Positions 56,601 to 64,000 of a stretch of DNA of 64,000 bases are shown one piece after another. The number at the start of each line of letters is the position of its first letter. The first letter of the stretch is position 1. This stretch comes from Hypanus sabinus (lineage: Eukaryota). The DNA lies in NCBI RefSeq assembly GCF_030144855.1, contig NC_082713.1, positions 76,074,001 to 76,138,000 of the forward strand, given 5' to 3'. Below the pieces are notes generated by a model. The model was given only the letters and a program-made list of their open reading frames with translations, was not told the DNA's origin and ran no database searches. The translations under genes were made by a program, and so were the position numbers.

Positions 56601-59600
56601 TTATACAGCGAGTGGCTACCTCTGGCTGAATCAGTTCTTGCATTGCACATGGCCACTGCTTCCTCACTCACACTGACTGCCACTGATCCTGCCAATCATG
56701 CTGAAGGCAAAGTGGCGTTACCTAGCCATTTGATGCCACGGGCTGGTTTGTGTGTAAGTAAGAGCAGGTTATGGTCAATAGTGGAAGGGCTAATGGGTGC
56801 AGATGCTGCTGGGTTCAATCCCTTCTTCCTCTCTCTGCTGGAAACCCCATGTTCCCTTCTGCAAGCCCTTCTGCCTCCACTCCTTTCCTTTTGGAAGCCA
56901 CAAGCACTTTATCCTCCTTACCCTTCTCCTCCCCAGTGGAAGTCCCACACTCGCATCTCTGTGACTCGTTGCCCAGTTGGAGCTGTTTATAGAAAGAGGG
57001 AAACAGCAGTGCACAGGAACAGCCCATTGGCTCACCCTGTCCATGTTGACCATGATGCCAACAGAAGCTAATGCCTGGCCAAAATGAAATTGCAAGGGGA
57101 ATTTAGCAGATTGGACAACATCTGTATGCCTCTGTTCCCTGCCTGTTCATGTATCTGTCCACATGCCTCTTAAAAGTTGATGTCTTATCTGCTCCACTAC
57201 ACTGTGTTTCTGACGCCTGCTGCTCAATGTGACAAAACATGCCTTGTGGCTCTTTTCTAAATTCTCCCCCTCTCACATTCTTTGCTCACTAGACTTGCTA
57301 TTTCTATCCATGGTAAAAGACTCCTACTATCTACACTATCTATACCTCTCATATACTTCTCCTGGGTCACCTCTCAGCCTTCAATGCCACGAAGGAAACA
57401 ATCCCAGTTTGTTCATCTTGCCCCTACAGCAAATCCTCTGCAGTCACCTGCAGGTTTAAATGAGGTCTGTGCCCCTACGTTATAGGATTTCATCAATGCC
57501 TCAGGTGTTGAGCTTCAGGAGGAAGGGTTACTCCCTCATGGAGCTGCATGATTTCACAGCGTGGACCCAGCCATATCCGGGTTATTACTTCATGCGTGTT
57601 AAGGCAGTTTGGGCCAGTAATCTTAGCACAGCTCAAGCACACACTTGCTTCCTCTTTTAGCTTTTGCGCGTTGCCTTAGTTTCCCCATTTTGAGACTCTC
57701 CCAGAAGACTCACTTTCTGCTGCTGCACCATGATCTCCCTTCCATTAAAATGTTGACCCTTTCCTGGAGTCCTTGGTGTTCCTCTGTGTGGAGTTTGCAC
57801 ATTCTCCTTCTGTCCTCCTGGAATTTCTGCTTCTGGTTTTCTTCCATGTTCCAAAGATGTGCAGATTGGTAGGCTACTTGGCCACTGTAAATCGTGAATG
57901 CTGGGATCCGGGGAGATTTGACGGAACGTAGGGAGAATGAAATGAGTGATTGATGGTCAGCACGGACTTTGTAGGCAAACAGACAGGTTTCTCTGCTGTG
58001 TGGTGTGATGACCCCTCTCCTGCAATAATCCGCCCTTGCTGTTCAGTCCCTGAAAGCCACTGCTCCAACTGCAGCCGCCTATTCACTAACTCCACTGAAT
58101 CAAACTCGCCACATCTGATCTCTGGCCACTATCACAGACAGCAAACATGTCAGCGGTGACTCTGATGATGGTTCACCATCCTCGTTATCCATCCCAACTT
58201 ATACACAGCCGATGCCATCCCCAGCTTCCATTTCTCTTACCATGGCCATCCAACAGAGCACTGCCCCAGGAGGTGTAGGGAGAAGGAGGGCAGAGCCGAG
58301 GGGAAATTCTGGCCAATTTCCAAGCGGTCAAATGAGTCATGCCAATCTGTGTCCTGAAATCTGAGAGCATGGGAGAATAGGTGTTATTGTTAAATCTTTA
58401 ATTATGTCTATCATGGTCAAACAGAGAGCAATGTAGAATATGCAGGTTAATATGAGCTTTCCTTGAATATTCTGACCTGCGTCCACTTTTCATGGATTTC
58501 CTCCATGGTATGAAATTCAATCCAAAACCAGTACTTGAGCCGTTCGAAAGCAAAAGGCTGCAGATGCTGGAAACCTGCAGTAAAAGCAGAGAAGTGTAGA
58601 GACAGGAATGATAATCTTCAGACCAATGACCTTTCATCAGCCAATCACGAGTCACAGTGGACTGCGGTTCCTGAGCTTTGTGTGAAGTAGGTCGGCAACC
58701 CCACCATCATCCTTCCCATCTGCACTGACCACTGAATGTCAGAGGAGGCATATGTGAAGTGTATCCGGGCTGAGCAGCATGCCCAGGGGCAGTGCCAGAG
58801 ACCAGGTGCCCCAGGTTGTCTCTGAGCCTAGGTCGCTTTATTCGGGAATTCGGGAGTGCCCTGGCCGTGGAGGAGTTGTAGTGGGTAGTTCTCGCTGTGG
58901 ACAGTTAGTACATTTCAATCCATTGCTCAAGCTCTTCTTGGCTGTGCTACTTTGTTTTAGCTAAATCATTAACAAGGATACCAACTTGGCACAGAGGCAA
59001 GGCCAGAATGGTCTCAGCTTGAAACTACTGTAAACTTGATGGATCCTTAAGCTAAAGGAATGAACCTCTCCTTTCACAGCAATGGAGCAATTAAGATGTT
59101 TATCGCAGGGGGAATTCCATGCTTCTAAGTAAAGATGTCACAGTGTATATATCATCCCCCTCACACACAGCATAGCTGGTCTCTCAAAAGCCCTCTCTGC
59201 TGCTCCTGTCTTTCTGCCTTTGGCTCGTCTGTTTCTGCCACACTTCATCATTTCCCGTGCTTGTGCAGAACACAGGCCCAAGCAGGATTATAAACCTTCC
59301 ACTTCACTTTCACTGATTTTGCCTTCTCTTTGCCTGCAACATCTTCAAGGACTGCATCCGGTGTGCTTTGGATCTTTGCCTGCCTTGCCTCTGACACTCC
59401 TGTTCCTCAACATTTCTTTTCAGAGGTTGTGCTTGCCGTGTCACAAGAAGGTGTTTATGGGTTACAGTTTGGCTGTGTCTATTACCACCTCCCCCTTCCT
59501 GGCTAAGAATCTCCTTCCAGACAGAACTCCAGTGAGAGTGGGCTGCCCTTGTCTGTGTCCTTGAAATCATTGCTTCTTCTCCCTCGCTTCCTATAGCGTA

Positions 59601-62600
59601 GATCCCATTTACACTGCAGTCTCCTTCATCTTCTTCACTGTCAGGACTCTTCAGATCCTTTGAATCAGGTCACCGACCTGCTGCTCCACCATTATGGATG
59701 ACTAGTTTTAGCAGACTAATGTTTCGTGGCCAGTGGTAAAGATCCCTGCCTTTCACAGTCATTGGCTGGTACACACTGAACAAAGCTCCCTCAGGCTCTC
59801 TACTCCTAATTTCATGGTGTTCACTCTAATGTCTGAGTTCTCAAAGTGAGCCTGCACTCTGTTTTTAAAGTTTGACCTGATAATATCCATCATCAAGGCA
59901 GCACTAATCAGCCTGCAGGGCACAGCAAAAACCAATTCAAGTGGTTCAATAAGTTTATTAGTTCAATAATGTAAACACTGATTAGTTCTCCAATCACTTG
60001 CCTAATTTATAACTTCCATAAGGGTGCAGGATTAAAGAGGATCCATCCCATCTCAATCAGATGATTAAATGGGACGTGGATAGTTCTGTGGAGTGACAAT
60101 TATTTTGTTGGCATTTCAAGGCTGTCCAGACAAGAAAGTTGGCCCTTTCCTGGCCCCTGAACAAGTGAATAAATTCACTTATAGAGTGTTAGAGGGATAG
60201 CATGATATATTATGTAAACAGGGCCTTCATCCCACCAAGCTTATGCTGACTGTCAATCACCCATTAATCCCCATCTATTATTCTCCCCACACTCTTATCT
60301 ATTGCCCCCAGAGTCTACTCCTCACTCTCACACTAGATGTAACTTACAGAAGGCCTTTCACCCACCCAACCCCACATATTGCAAATGTGAGAGCAAACAA
60401 GAGCACGGGGGGCAAACCAACGCAATCACAGGGTGAACATGCAAGCTCCACACAGACAGCGACTGAGATCAGGATTGAGCTGGGATCCCCTTTGTAACAG
60501 CTCTGGAACTCTCTGCAATCCATGTGCTAGATCAAAAAATGGTGAATTTAAATTAACTATTCTGTCTTATATTGCAAGTAGTTTGTCCTTCTTAATTTTG
60601 TACCATCCTAAGTTTAAGATTAATTTCTGATCCTTTATCATCCAGCACAAAGTAAGAATCTTTTTGAATGTCCATTTCCCTCCACTAATGATGCTTGACC
60701 CATTCAGTTCCTCTGCCAGTTTTACTTTTGTTCCAGGTTACTGTGTCTACAGTCTCCTGCGTCTCTGATACTTGAAGTTGTTTTTTTTTCTGTTATTTTT
60801 AATATATTTTAAACAGTGTTTACTTTTCAGATTTAGTTTCCTTGCTTGCCAGAGACAATAAAGTAACTCGAAGACTTCAGACAGCAGCAAACTGGTTTGG
60901 AAGCAGGCTTTAGAATCCATCACCTGAGGCCTGGTTGTGAATGACCATATGTGAGATGTCCCAAGCATTAGACACTGCAGACTCCCCAAAGTAAGTTCTG
61001 GCTAACTGCAGATATTGTGTTTCATTGTACACAAACCAGTGTTAGGAAAGCCATGAGAGCAGATTGTGAAAGCTACAATAGTTCTCAAGTCCTTATATTT
61101 AAGGCCTTTTCCAAACAGAATTTCAGTTCCAAGAACCTTTGACATTTAGGAAGGATTCAGACATCAGCCACCACTGGGTTTTGTCACCAGGCCACCAACC
61201 ATGTGGAGGGATAATGTTTGCTCTCTGTTTTGAAGTTTTGACCTTCCCGCCTCTGCCCTTGCAGGGCTGCTTTCAGCTCATGACCCTCATGATGAGCCCT
61301 AAAATCTCCTTATATTGTTTACTACCAAAGGTCATCAGTTTCAATTACTGAGAACACTTGGGAACTTTTCACTATGTTTCATATTTTCACACAGCACAGA
61401 AGGCCATTTGCCTCTTTGAGTCTATGTTGGCCCTCAGAGCTTCCTTATCAGTATCCTACCTCCACTTCCTCTCCTAAGACTTGCTCTCCCCACATTCCCA
61501 TTAATTCCTCCCACTTTCTATCCCTCACTAGGGTCATTCTTTGGGGGCACCCCCCTATTTTCATGGATGTTTGCAAAGAAAATGAATTTCAGGATGTATA
61601 TTGTATACATTTCTCTCACATTAGATGTACCTATTGATTAACAGCAGCTAATTAAACCACTGAGGTCTTTAGGAGATAGGAGGAAACTGATACACAGGAA
61701 AAGTCCACGCAGTCCCAGGGAGAGTTTGCAAACTCCACACAGACTATGCCCAATGTCCGGATTGAACCTGGGGTGGTGGAGTGTGAGACCCTGGCTCTAT
61801 AAGCCTCATCACTGTATTGTCCCATCTCAGCTCTGTGGCATAACCAAAGGACTAGCAATTAATAGTTATTGATTTTATAGCTTTATATAATCTAAGCTAT
61901 TTATTTCTGAAAAAACAATAATATCATTATATGTTATTGTTGAACACTCAAGCTGTACCCTGGCCCTGGACTTCAGAGGCCTGCTTCTCCCTTACCCTTC
62001 AAGTGTGTCCAGGCTAAAGCAAATAGTTTGTACATCTGTGAGTGATAACACAAGAATCTCCTCTTGCAAGATGGATTGAGACACATCCTCTGCACTGCAC
62101 ACACCAGTTGTTCAAGCCTGATTCTGACCCCACATGTTCCTCCCTGGAGTTCTGTTTGTCCCGTAGCAGGAGAGAGTATGGTCCTGACATCAGAGGTACA
62201 AGGTCCCCAGAGTGGAGGTCCTGACCTTCTATAAACTGCTGGAGGGGCAGCTTAGAGGCTGAAAGAGCTGGGGAAGGCTGCAAGCAGGAATCAGTACCTG
62301 GCTGTGTGGAATGCGATAGAGATAAGGGTTCAGGACCCTGGAGTAGGTGCTGAACTAGACAATCAATGTGGACGCCACTATGTACGTGGGCAGGGCAGAG
62401 AATTAAATTTAGAGGAAGGTTCATCAACAATATTCAGGATTGTGTGGAATATGATGAAGTGAAACAGGAGAAGGTGCTCCTAATGGTAGAAGAGTTGGAA
62501 CCCAGTTTTATAATAACTGGCAAAAGAAATAGAAAGGAAATGATGATTTTTTAGAGTGTTGGTGGTTATGATCTAAAGCATATTGCTTACATGGATGGTA

Positions 62601-62900
62601 GAAATGCATTTGTGTCACTTTTAAAGAGTTGGAAAACTACAGGGTAAGGACAGCAGTTGGTTGTTCTGCTCCTCTTTGCTGTGTGCTGCATCATTGTATG
62701 ATTCTGTAAGCACTGGTGGGTACCTCGTGAAGCAGGCAGGCATTCTTTCTCTTGTTCTTGGCCCAGCGTCACACCATCTTTCAGAAAGGCTTCCACTTTC
62801 CAGTTATAAATGCTGAGTGAGAAACCTGTGCTGTGTTGACCTCCTGGTCCAGGGCCGTCAAGCACTTACAATAATTTGGTCGGACACAAGATCAGCAATT
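20524..62900 (-). CDS. Multi-exon host gene, open portion (unidentified, mostly helical protein; tentative mesothelin/otoancorin-like repeat family); 5' end probably beyond the window
   Basis: GT-AG exons in repeat-free islands. Phase-consistent chain 42485-42361, 39278-39160, 39042-38975, 32538-32386, 31920-31860, 27208-27118, 25230-25118, 23725-23698, 20607-20524 (stop). Upstream exons at 62900-62870, 62094-61996, 60930-60824, 58574-58477, 58353-58241, 56982-56922 with uncertain linkage. Confidence 0.65.
21406..22905 (-). mobile_element. Internally deleted Ty3/Gypsy LTR retrotransposon (two LTRs of about 230 bp, integrase only)
   Basis: LTRs 21406-21635 and 22675-22905, both TG...CA. 5-bp TSD GAGGG at 21401-21405 and 22906-22910. 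Polypurine tract on the minus strand next to 21636. gag/PR/RT/RH absent. Confidence 0.95.
21696..22633 (-). CDS. Gypsy integrase core and C-terminus, open frame, 5'-truncated
   Basis: Frame is open upstream of the listed ORF: LSVDFKGPLP...IIDEYSRFPFA...IHSDRGSSFMS...YNPRGNGQVERE. All three DDE residues present. Confidence 0.9.
23698..23725 (-). CDS. Micro-exon (28 nt): EEASVAGSPS
   Basis: tacag acceptor, gtatgt donor, phase 2 to 0, bridging the flanking exons. Confidence 0.5.
24400..25035 (+). mobile_element. Tx1-type (L1 clade) LINE 3' end, decayed
   Basis: Translates to ALPVRSFLHRLSLTP...NCCREIIISLKDKLCSVQNLLVFLCNEMSIREC..LQERVQRD, the typical Tx1 ORF2 C-terminus, then an AT-rich 3' UTR. 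Confidence 0.7.
25118..25230 (-). CDS. Exon: RQSSSEWSQQELADYFARVPSNTFLLFSFMVLNTVSE
   Basis: ttttacag acceptor, gtaagg donor, 113 nt, phase 0 to 2. Confidence 0.7.
25600..26160 (+). repeat. Highly degenerate tandem repeat (unit about 60-70 bp, core ggttagayacagagyaaagctycctctacactgtcc)
   Basis: Variants of the core recur at about 25710, 25765, 25870, 25927, 26030, 26065, 26123. Confidence 0.6.
27118..27208 (-). CDS. Exon: KRFPAAELSEAINITVLSSWEDILQIYHFLR
   Basis: T-rich tract plus aag acceptor, AGG|gtcaga donor, 91 nt, phase 2 to 0. Confidence 0.65.
28050..28870 (-). mobile_element. Rex1/Babar-type LINE fragment
   Basis: ORFs 28580-28810 and 28704-28922 (YRSKIDKLV...NNLVLNVGK; PVLIEGSEVEKVSS). 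Confidence 0.8.
29600..30815 (-). mobile_element. Rex1/Babar-type LINE, RT domain to 3' end
   Basis: DYSSAFNTIVPSKL, GAPQGYVPSPLLYSLYT, WCQENNLSLNVAKTKELVVDYR, FYRGTIESILIGCITAWYG. Confidence 0.9.
31330..31553 (+). mobile_element. Short non-autonomous Penelope-derived fold-back element with 14-bp TSD, inserted in a Rex/Babar 3' end (31150-31790)
   Basis: TSD aacactacctcact at 31316-31329 and 31554-31567. Inverted arms of about 79 bp (31330-31408 vs 31429-31507). Confidence 0.9.
31409..31446 (+). ncRNA. Minimal type I hammerhead ribozyme motif (Penelope-associated)
   Basis: cagtt-CTGACGA-a-gggtc-tc-ggccc-GAAAC-GTC-gacag: both conserved core boxes, helix II, GUC cleavage triplet, imperfect helix I. 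Confidence 0.7.
31860..31920 (-). CDS. Exon: RLAGAVSQGVESSKELSNFC
   Basis: tctcacag acceptor, gtatgt donor, 61 nt, phase 1 to 2. Confidence 0.65.
32386..32538 (-). CDS. Exon: EFSKVKIEATAYCDKKIAPVQRFTDAPESNSHSLASHSGAFTMPTVPSLEC
   Basis: Lies within ORF 32309-32557. cttgcag acceptor (alternative catag at 32572), gtaatg donor, phase 1 to 1. Confidence 0.55.
33105..33326 (-). mobile_element. Solo LTR of the same Gypsy family as 21406-22905
   Basis: TGATGCAC...TTCACCACA; perfect TSD CTGCC at 33100-33104 and 33327-33331. Confidence 0.95.
33390..34750 (+). mobile_element. Penelope-like pLTR interrupted by a non-coding interspersed repeat of about 950 bp (33630-34595)
   Basis: pLTR halves at 33390-33625 and 34600-34750. 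The insert starts aagatggtgcc and ends aataaatggacctttgaa; related copies at 37580-38340 (+) and 19520-19910 (-). Confidence 0.7.
34755..34972 (-). mobile_element. Tc1/mariner DNA transposon 5' fragment
   Basis: IGKKCDLCDFEHRIIFGARWSGLSISETDDL matches the Tc1 transposase N-terminal HTH (MGKKGDLSDFERGMIVGARRAGLSISETA). Degenerate TIR ending ...gaatgta at about 34950-34972. Confidence 0.75.
35115..37400 (+). mobile_element. CR1-clade (HER1-like) LINE, about 2.3 kb, decayed ORF2 plus 3' UTR
   Basis: VVYLDFQKVFDKVPH, LQKDL...EWAKK...RNCMVVNFG; tatgttatgg-type tail. Confidence 0.92.
38975..39042 (-). CDS. Exon: RWNTDFISRSYRTILPLLRLVLP
   Basis: gaacag acceptor after a 117-nt intron, CTG|gtaaac donor. 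The only open frame is the one the previous exon requires (phase 2 to 1). Confidence 0.7.
39160..39278 (-). CDS. Exon: YTLFHVWPSSCLAQHYLKQNPPTAFLFSKSINFLKTDFK
   Basis: catctcag acceptor, AAG|gtaaca donor, 119 nt, phase 0 to 2. Confidence 0.7.
39346..39536. mobile_element. Short Penelope-derived inverted pLTR insertion with two back-to-back degenerate hammerhead cores
   Basis: Flanked by tgcacaga (39338-39345 and 39537-39544). Minus-strand CTGATGA...GAAAgGTC at 39440-39475; plus-strand CTGATGAAGGGTCTC at 39484. Confidence 0.7.
39970..41400 (+). mobile_element. CR1-clade LINE fragments
   Basis: VPQVSVLGPLLF, QRDLGVLVQ, KGLDRVDVERMFP...SRTRGHSLRIEG. Confidence 0.9.
41925..42210 (+). mobile_element. 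tRNA-derived SINE
   Basis: A-box-like gcattgtggttagtgt head, B-box-like gaagttcacttc; body shared with the 9585-9770 SINE. Confidence 0.6.
42361..42485 (-). CDS. Exon: HSWAIIQHWQEDSYPVKNWKNLITGTSNFLGECLQHYSFVN
   Basis: gaacag acceptor, gtatga donor, 125 nt, phase 1 to 0. Confidence 0.65.
43862..44382 (-). mobile_element. Solo LTR of a second LTR retrotransposon family (521 bp) inserted in CR1
   Basis: Ends TATCAG (likely TGTCAG originally) and CTGACA are inverted repeats; 5-bp TSD AGAAC at 43857-43861 and 44383-44387. Orientation is inferred. Confidence 0.85.
44600..46150 (+). mobile_element. CR1-clade LINE, RT to 3' end
   Basis: EEWKIASNTPLFKKG, TSGVPQGSVLRPLL, FAHDIKIGG. Confidence 0.92.
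48205..49700 (-). mobile_element. CR1-clade LINE, RT to 3' end
   Basis: VDVMYLAFQKAFDKVPH, LYVNDLDD...KFVDNTNIGG, TRGYSLRIEG. Confidence 0.92.
49913..50876 (+). mobile_element. Non-autonomous (internally deleted) hAT DNA transposon
   Basis: 8-bp TSD GAGATCAC (49905-49912 and 50877-50884). 15-bp TIR CTATGTTCCCTCTAA vs CAATGTTCCCTCGAA. Remnant transposase N-terminus with CxxC...HxxxxxH zinc finger (FKVEWL...ICLYCR...WKLGFLKHHLAGKSH). Splits a CR1 endonuclease region (49700-51190). Confidence 0.92.
51230..52935. mobile_element. Cluster of CR1-clade LINE fragments (+ 51230-52625; - 52630-52935)
   Basis: SDWRPITSGVPQ, FADDTKIG, AILDLLLGNETGQV. Confidence 0.88.
52940..55390 (-). mobile_element. 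Tandem Penelope-like segments (ORF 5' region, pLTR, GIY-YIG end)
   Basis: pLTR at 54250-54680, GIY-YIG end at 54680-54995 (RHFTCESVG). 52940-54240 directly follows the pLTR on the minus strand, as expected for the ORF 5' region. Confidence 0.7.
53199..53445 (-). mobile_element. Solo LTR of the same Gypsy family as 21406-22905
   Basis: TGATGCACC...TTCACCACA; imperfect TSD AGCAG vs AGCGA. Confidence 0.92.
55395..56310 (+). mobile_element. CR1-clade LINE with an internal deletion
   Basis: ORF 55565-56041 MHFGRRNK...LARPHLEC...LERAQRRFTRMI...RRMRGDLTETY. Confidence 0.92.
56922..56982 (-). CDS. Exon, 61 nt (frame uncertain; phase 0 reads LQLGNESQRCECGTSTGEEK)
   Basis: tttccctctttctataaacag acceptor, AGG|gtaagg donor. 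Confidence 0.5.
58241..58353 (-). CDS. Exon: DTDWHDSFDRLEIGQNFPSALPSFSLHLLGQCSVGWP (frame uncertain)
   Basis: Strong pyrimidine tract ctattctcccatgctctcagatttcag, ATG|gtaaga donor. Alternative acceptor at 58360. Confidence 0.55.
60824..60930 (-). CDS. Exon: PQVMDSKACFQTSLLLSEVFELLYCLWQARKLNLK
   Basis: caaccag acceptor, A|gtaaac donor, 107 nt, phase 2 to 1, open. Confidence 0.55.
61996..62094 (-). CDS. Exon: AEDVSQSILQEEILVLSLTDVQTICFSLDTLEG
   Basis: tgcag acceptor (62094 or 62089), GG|gtaagg donor. Phase 2 end fits the next exon. A 31-nt exon 62870-62900 with gtaagt donor fits upstream. Confidence 0.6.
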
Positions 62901-63469
62901 CTGAACTGACGATACAAGCAGGAAGTAAGAGGGCAGCGATGCCCCACTGTCTCAGAAGTCTGAACATCAAACAGTACAGTGGACAATCAGGTCCTTTGGC
63001 CTACAAAGTTGTGCTGACTAGCTAAACTAGTAATGAAGTGCACAACTATCCACACCCTCTCTGCCTACACAATGCCCCTATCCCACCATTCTCTTCACAT
63101 TCATGTGCCTAAGAATCTCCTAAACACTTCTATCCTCCACTACCACTGCTGGCTGTACATCCCAGGCACCCACAACTCTCTGCGTGGAAATTAGCACTCT
63201 CACATTAACTGCAAGCCCTCTGGTATTAGATATTTAATCCCTGGATAAAAGAAACTGGCTGTCTCCTGTATTTGTGCCTCTCATAATATAATAAGCCACT
63301 AAAATACTTCCCTTACAACAGAGGAATTGTTTACTCCTCCAGGTTCAGTCTTGTACCCACCTGAGCAATCCCAATAGCCCCTTTCTCCATTCCTATCCTG
63401 GCTACTCATTCCCTCTCACAACCCAGCAACATATTTGATTTTCTTTGCCATTCATAAATACTAAGGGAT

Positions 63470-63670
63470 AATTGTTGTTGCTATTCCTTTTCATGCATTG
63501 TGGTGCATCAGGTGGCATTTTTGTAGCACTTGACTGTTTTTTACAAGGCCAAGTTGCTAGCTCGACGCTCAACCCAGCACGATTGGAAAGCATCCAAGGA
63601 GCCGGCCGGACTCGAACTTGGGACCATTCACCTCGAAGTCCAGTGCTACTAAACCACCAGCTGGTGGTGT
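63470..63670 (-). mobile_element. tRNA-derived SINE
   Basis: Minus-strand B box GTTCGAGTCC at about 63608-63617; (caa)n-type tail. Confidence 0.65.
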
Positions 63671-64000
63671 TAACAGCCGGTTAATTAACAGGAAGGAATT
63701 AATCTGTCATTCAGATATGGGGACAAGCAGGAGCACCCAGAGGACACCCACATGGCCACAGGAAGATACATATAGTGCAATCACTCGCTGATCTTCTCCT
63801 GAGGGATTGTCTATTGCTGGGTCTGTAGTGGCCGTTCCAGGATCCACATATCCTGGTACAGTGTGGACTCGAGTAAGTGGTGGCTGTAGTTAGTGGTTCA
63901 GACTCTCCTCCCTTAGCTGCCACTTGCTTTCTGCAGCACAGTGAAGGTTGTTGTCATGTAGCACCGCTCCCTCTTGAACAGATCTCCTCCTGGTGTACCT

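Noticed and set aside
60831-60913. Plus-strand terminal exon DLVSLLARDNKVTRRLQTAANWFGSRL* after a good tttacttttcag acceptor
   Set aside because: No supporting plus-strand exon chain; it overlaps the minus-strand exon that fits phases with its neighbours.

Overview
Repeat-rich vertebrate genomic DNA. The repeat landscape (CR1/HER1-type LINEs, Rex1/Babar LINEs, GIY-YIG Penelope-like elements, tRNA-derived SINEs) points to a cartilaginous fish, probably a ray; this is an inference. Most of the window is nested, decayed transposable elements, and nearly all short ORFs in the supplied track are TE fragments or noise. The elements are an L1-clade LINE (1-3125), many CR1 and Rex/Babar pieces, an internally deleted Ty3/Gypsy element with an open integrase core and 5-bp TSD (21406-22905), three solo LTRs, a hAT element with an 8-bp TSD (49913-50876), a Tc1 fragment, and Penelope-like elements whose terminal repeats carry minimal hammerhead-ribozyme cores (best copy 31409-31446). 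Reading splice sites by eye between the repeats gives a minus-strand multi-exon gene that the ORF track misses: about 20 small GT-AG exons from about 62900 down to about 8000. Phases are consistent from 42485 to 20524; the chain above 56 kb is less certain. The upstream exons are open, while four of the seven candidate exons from 20607 down carry in-frame stops, suggesting a C-terminally truncated or decaying gene. The protein is not firmly identified; it resembles mesothelin/otoancorin-like helical repeat proteins, tentatively and from memory. There is one assembly gap (14911-15099). No CRISPR arrays, rRNA genes or true tRNA genes were seen.
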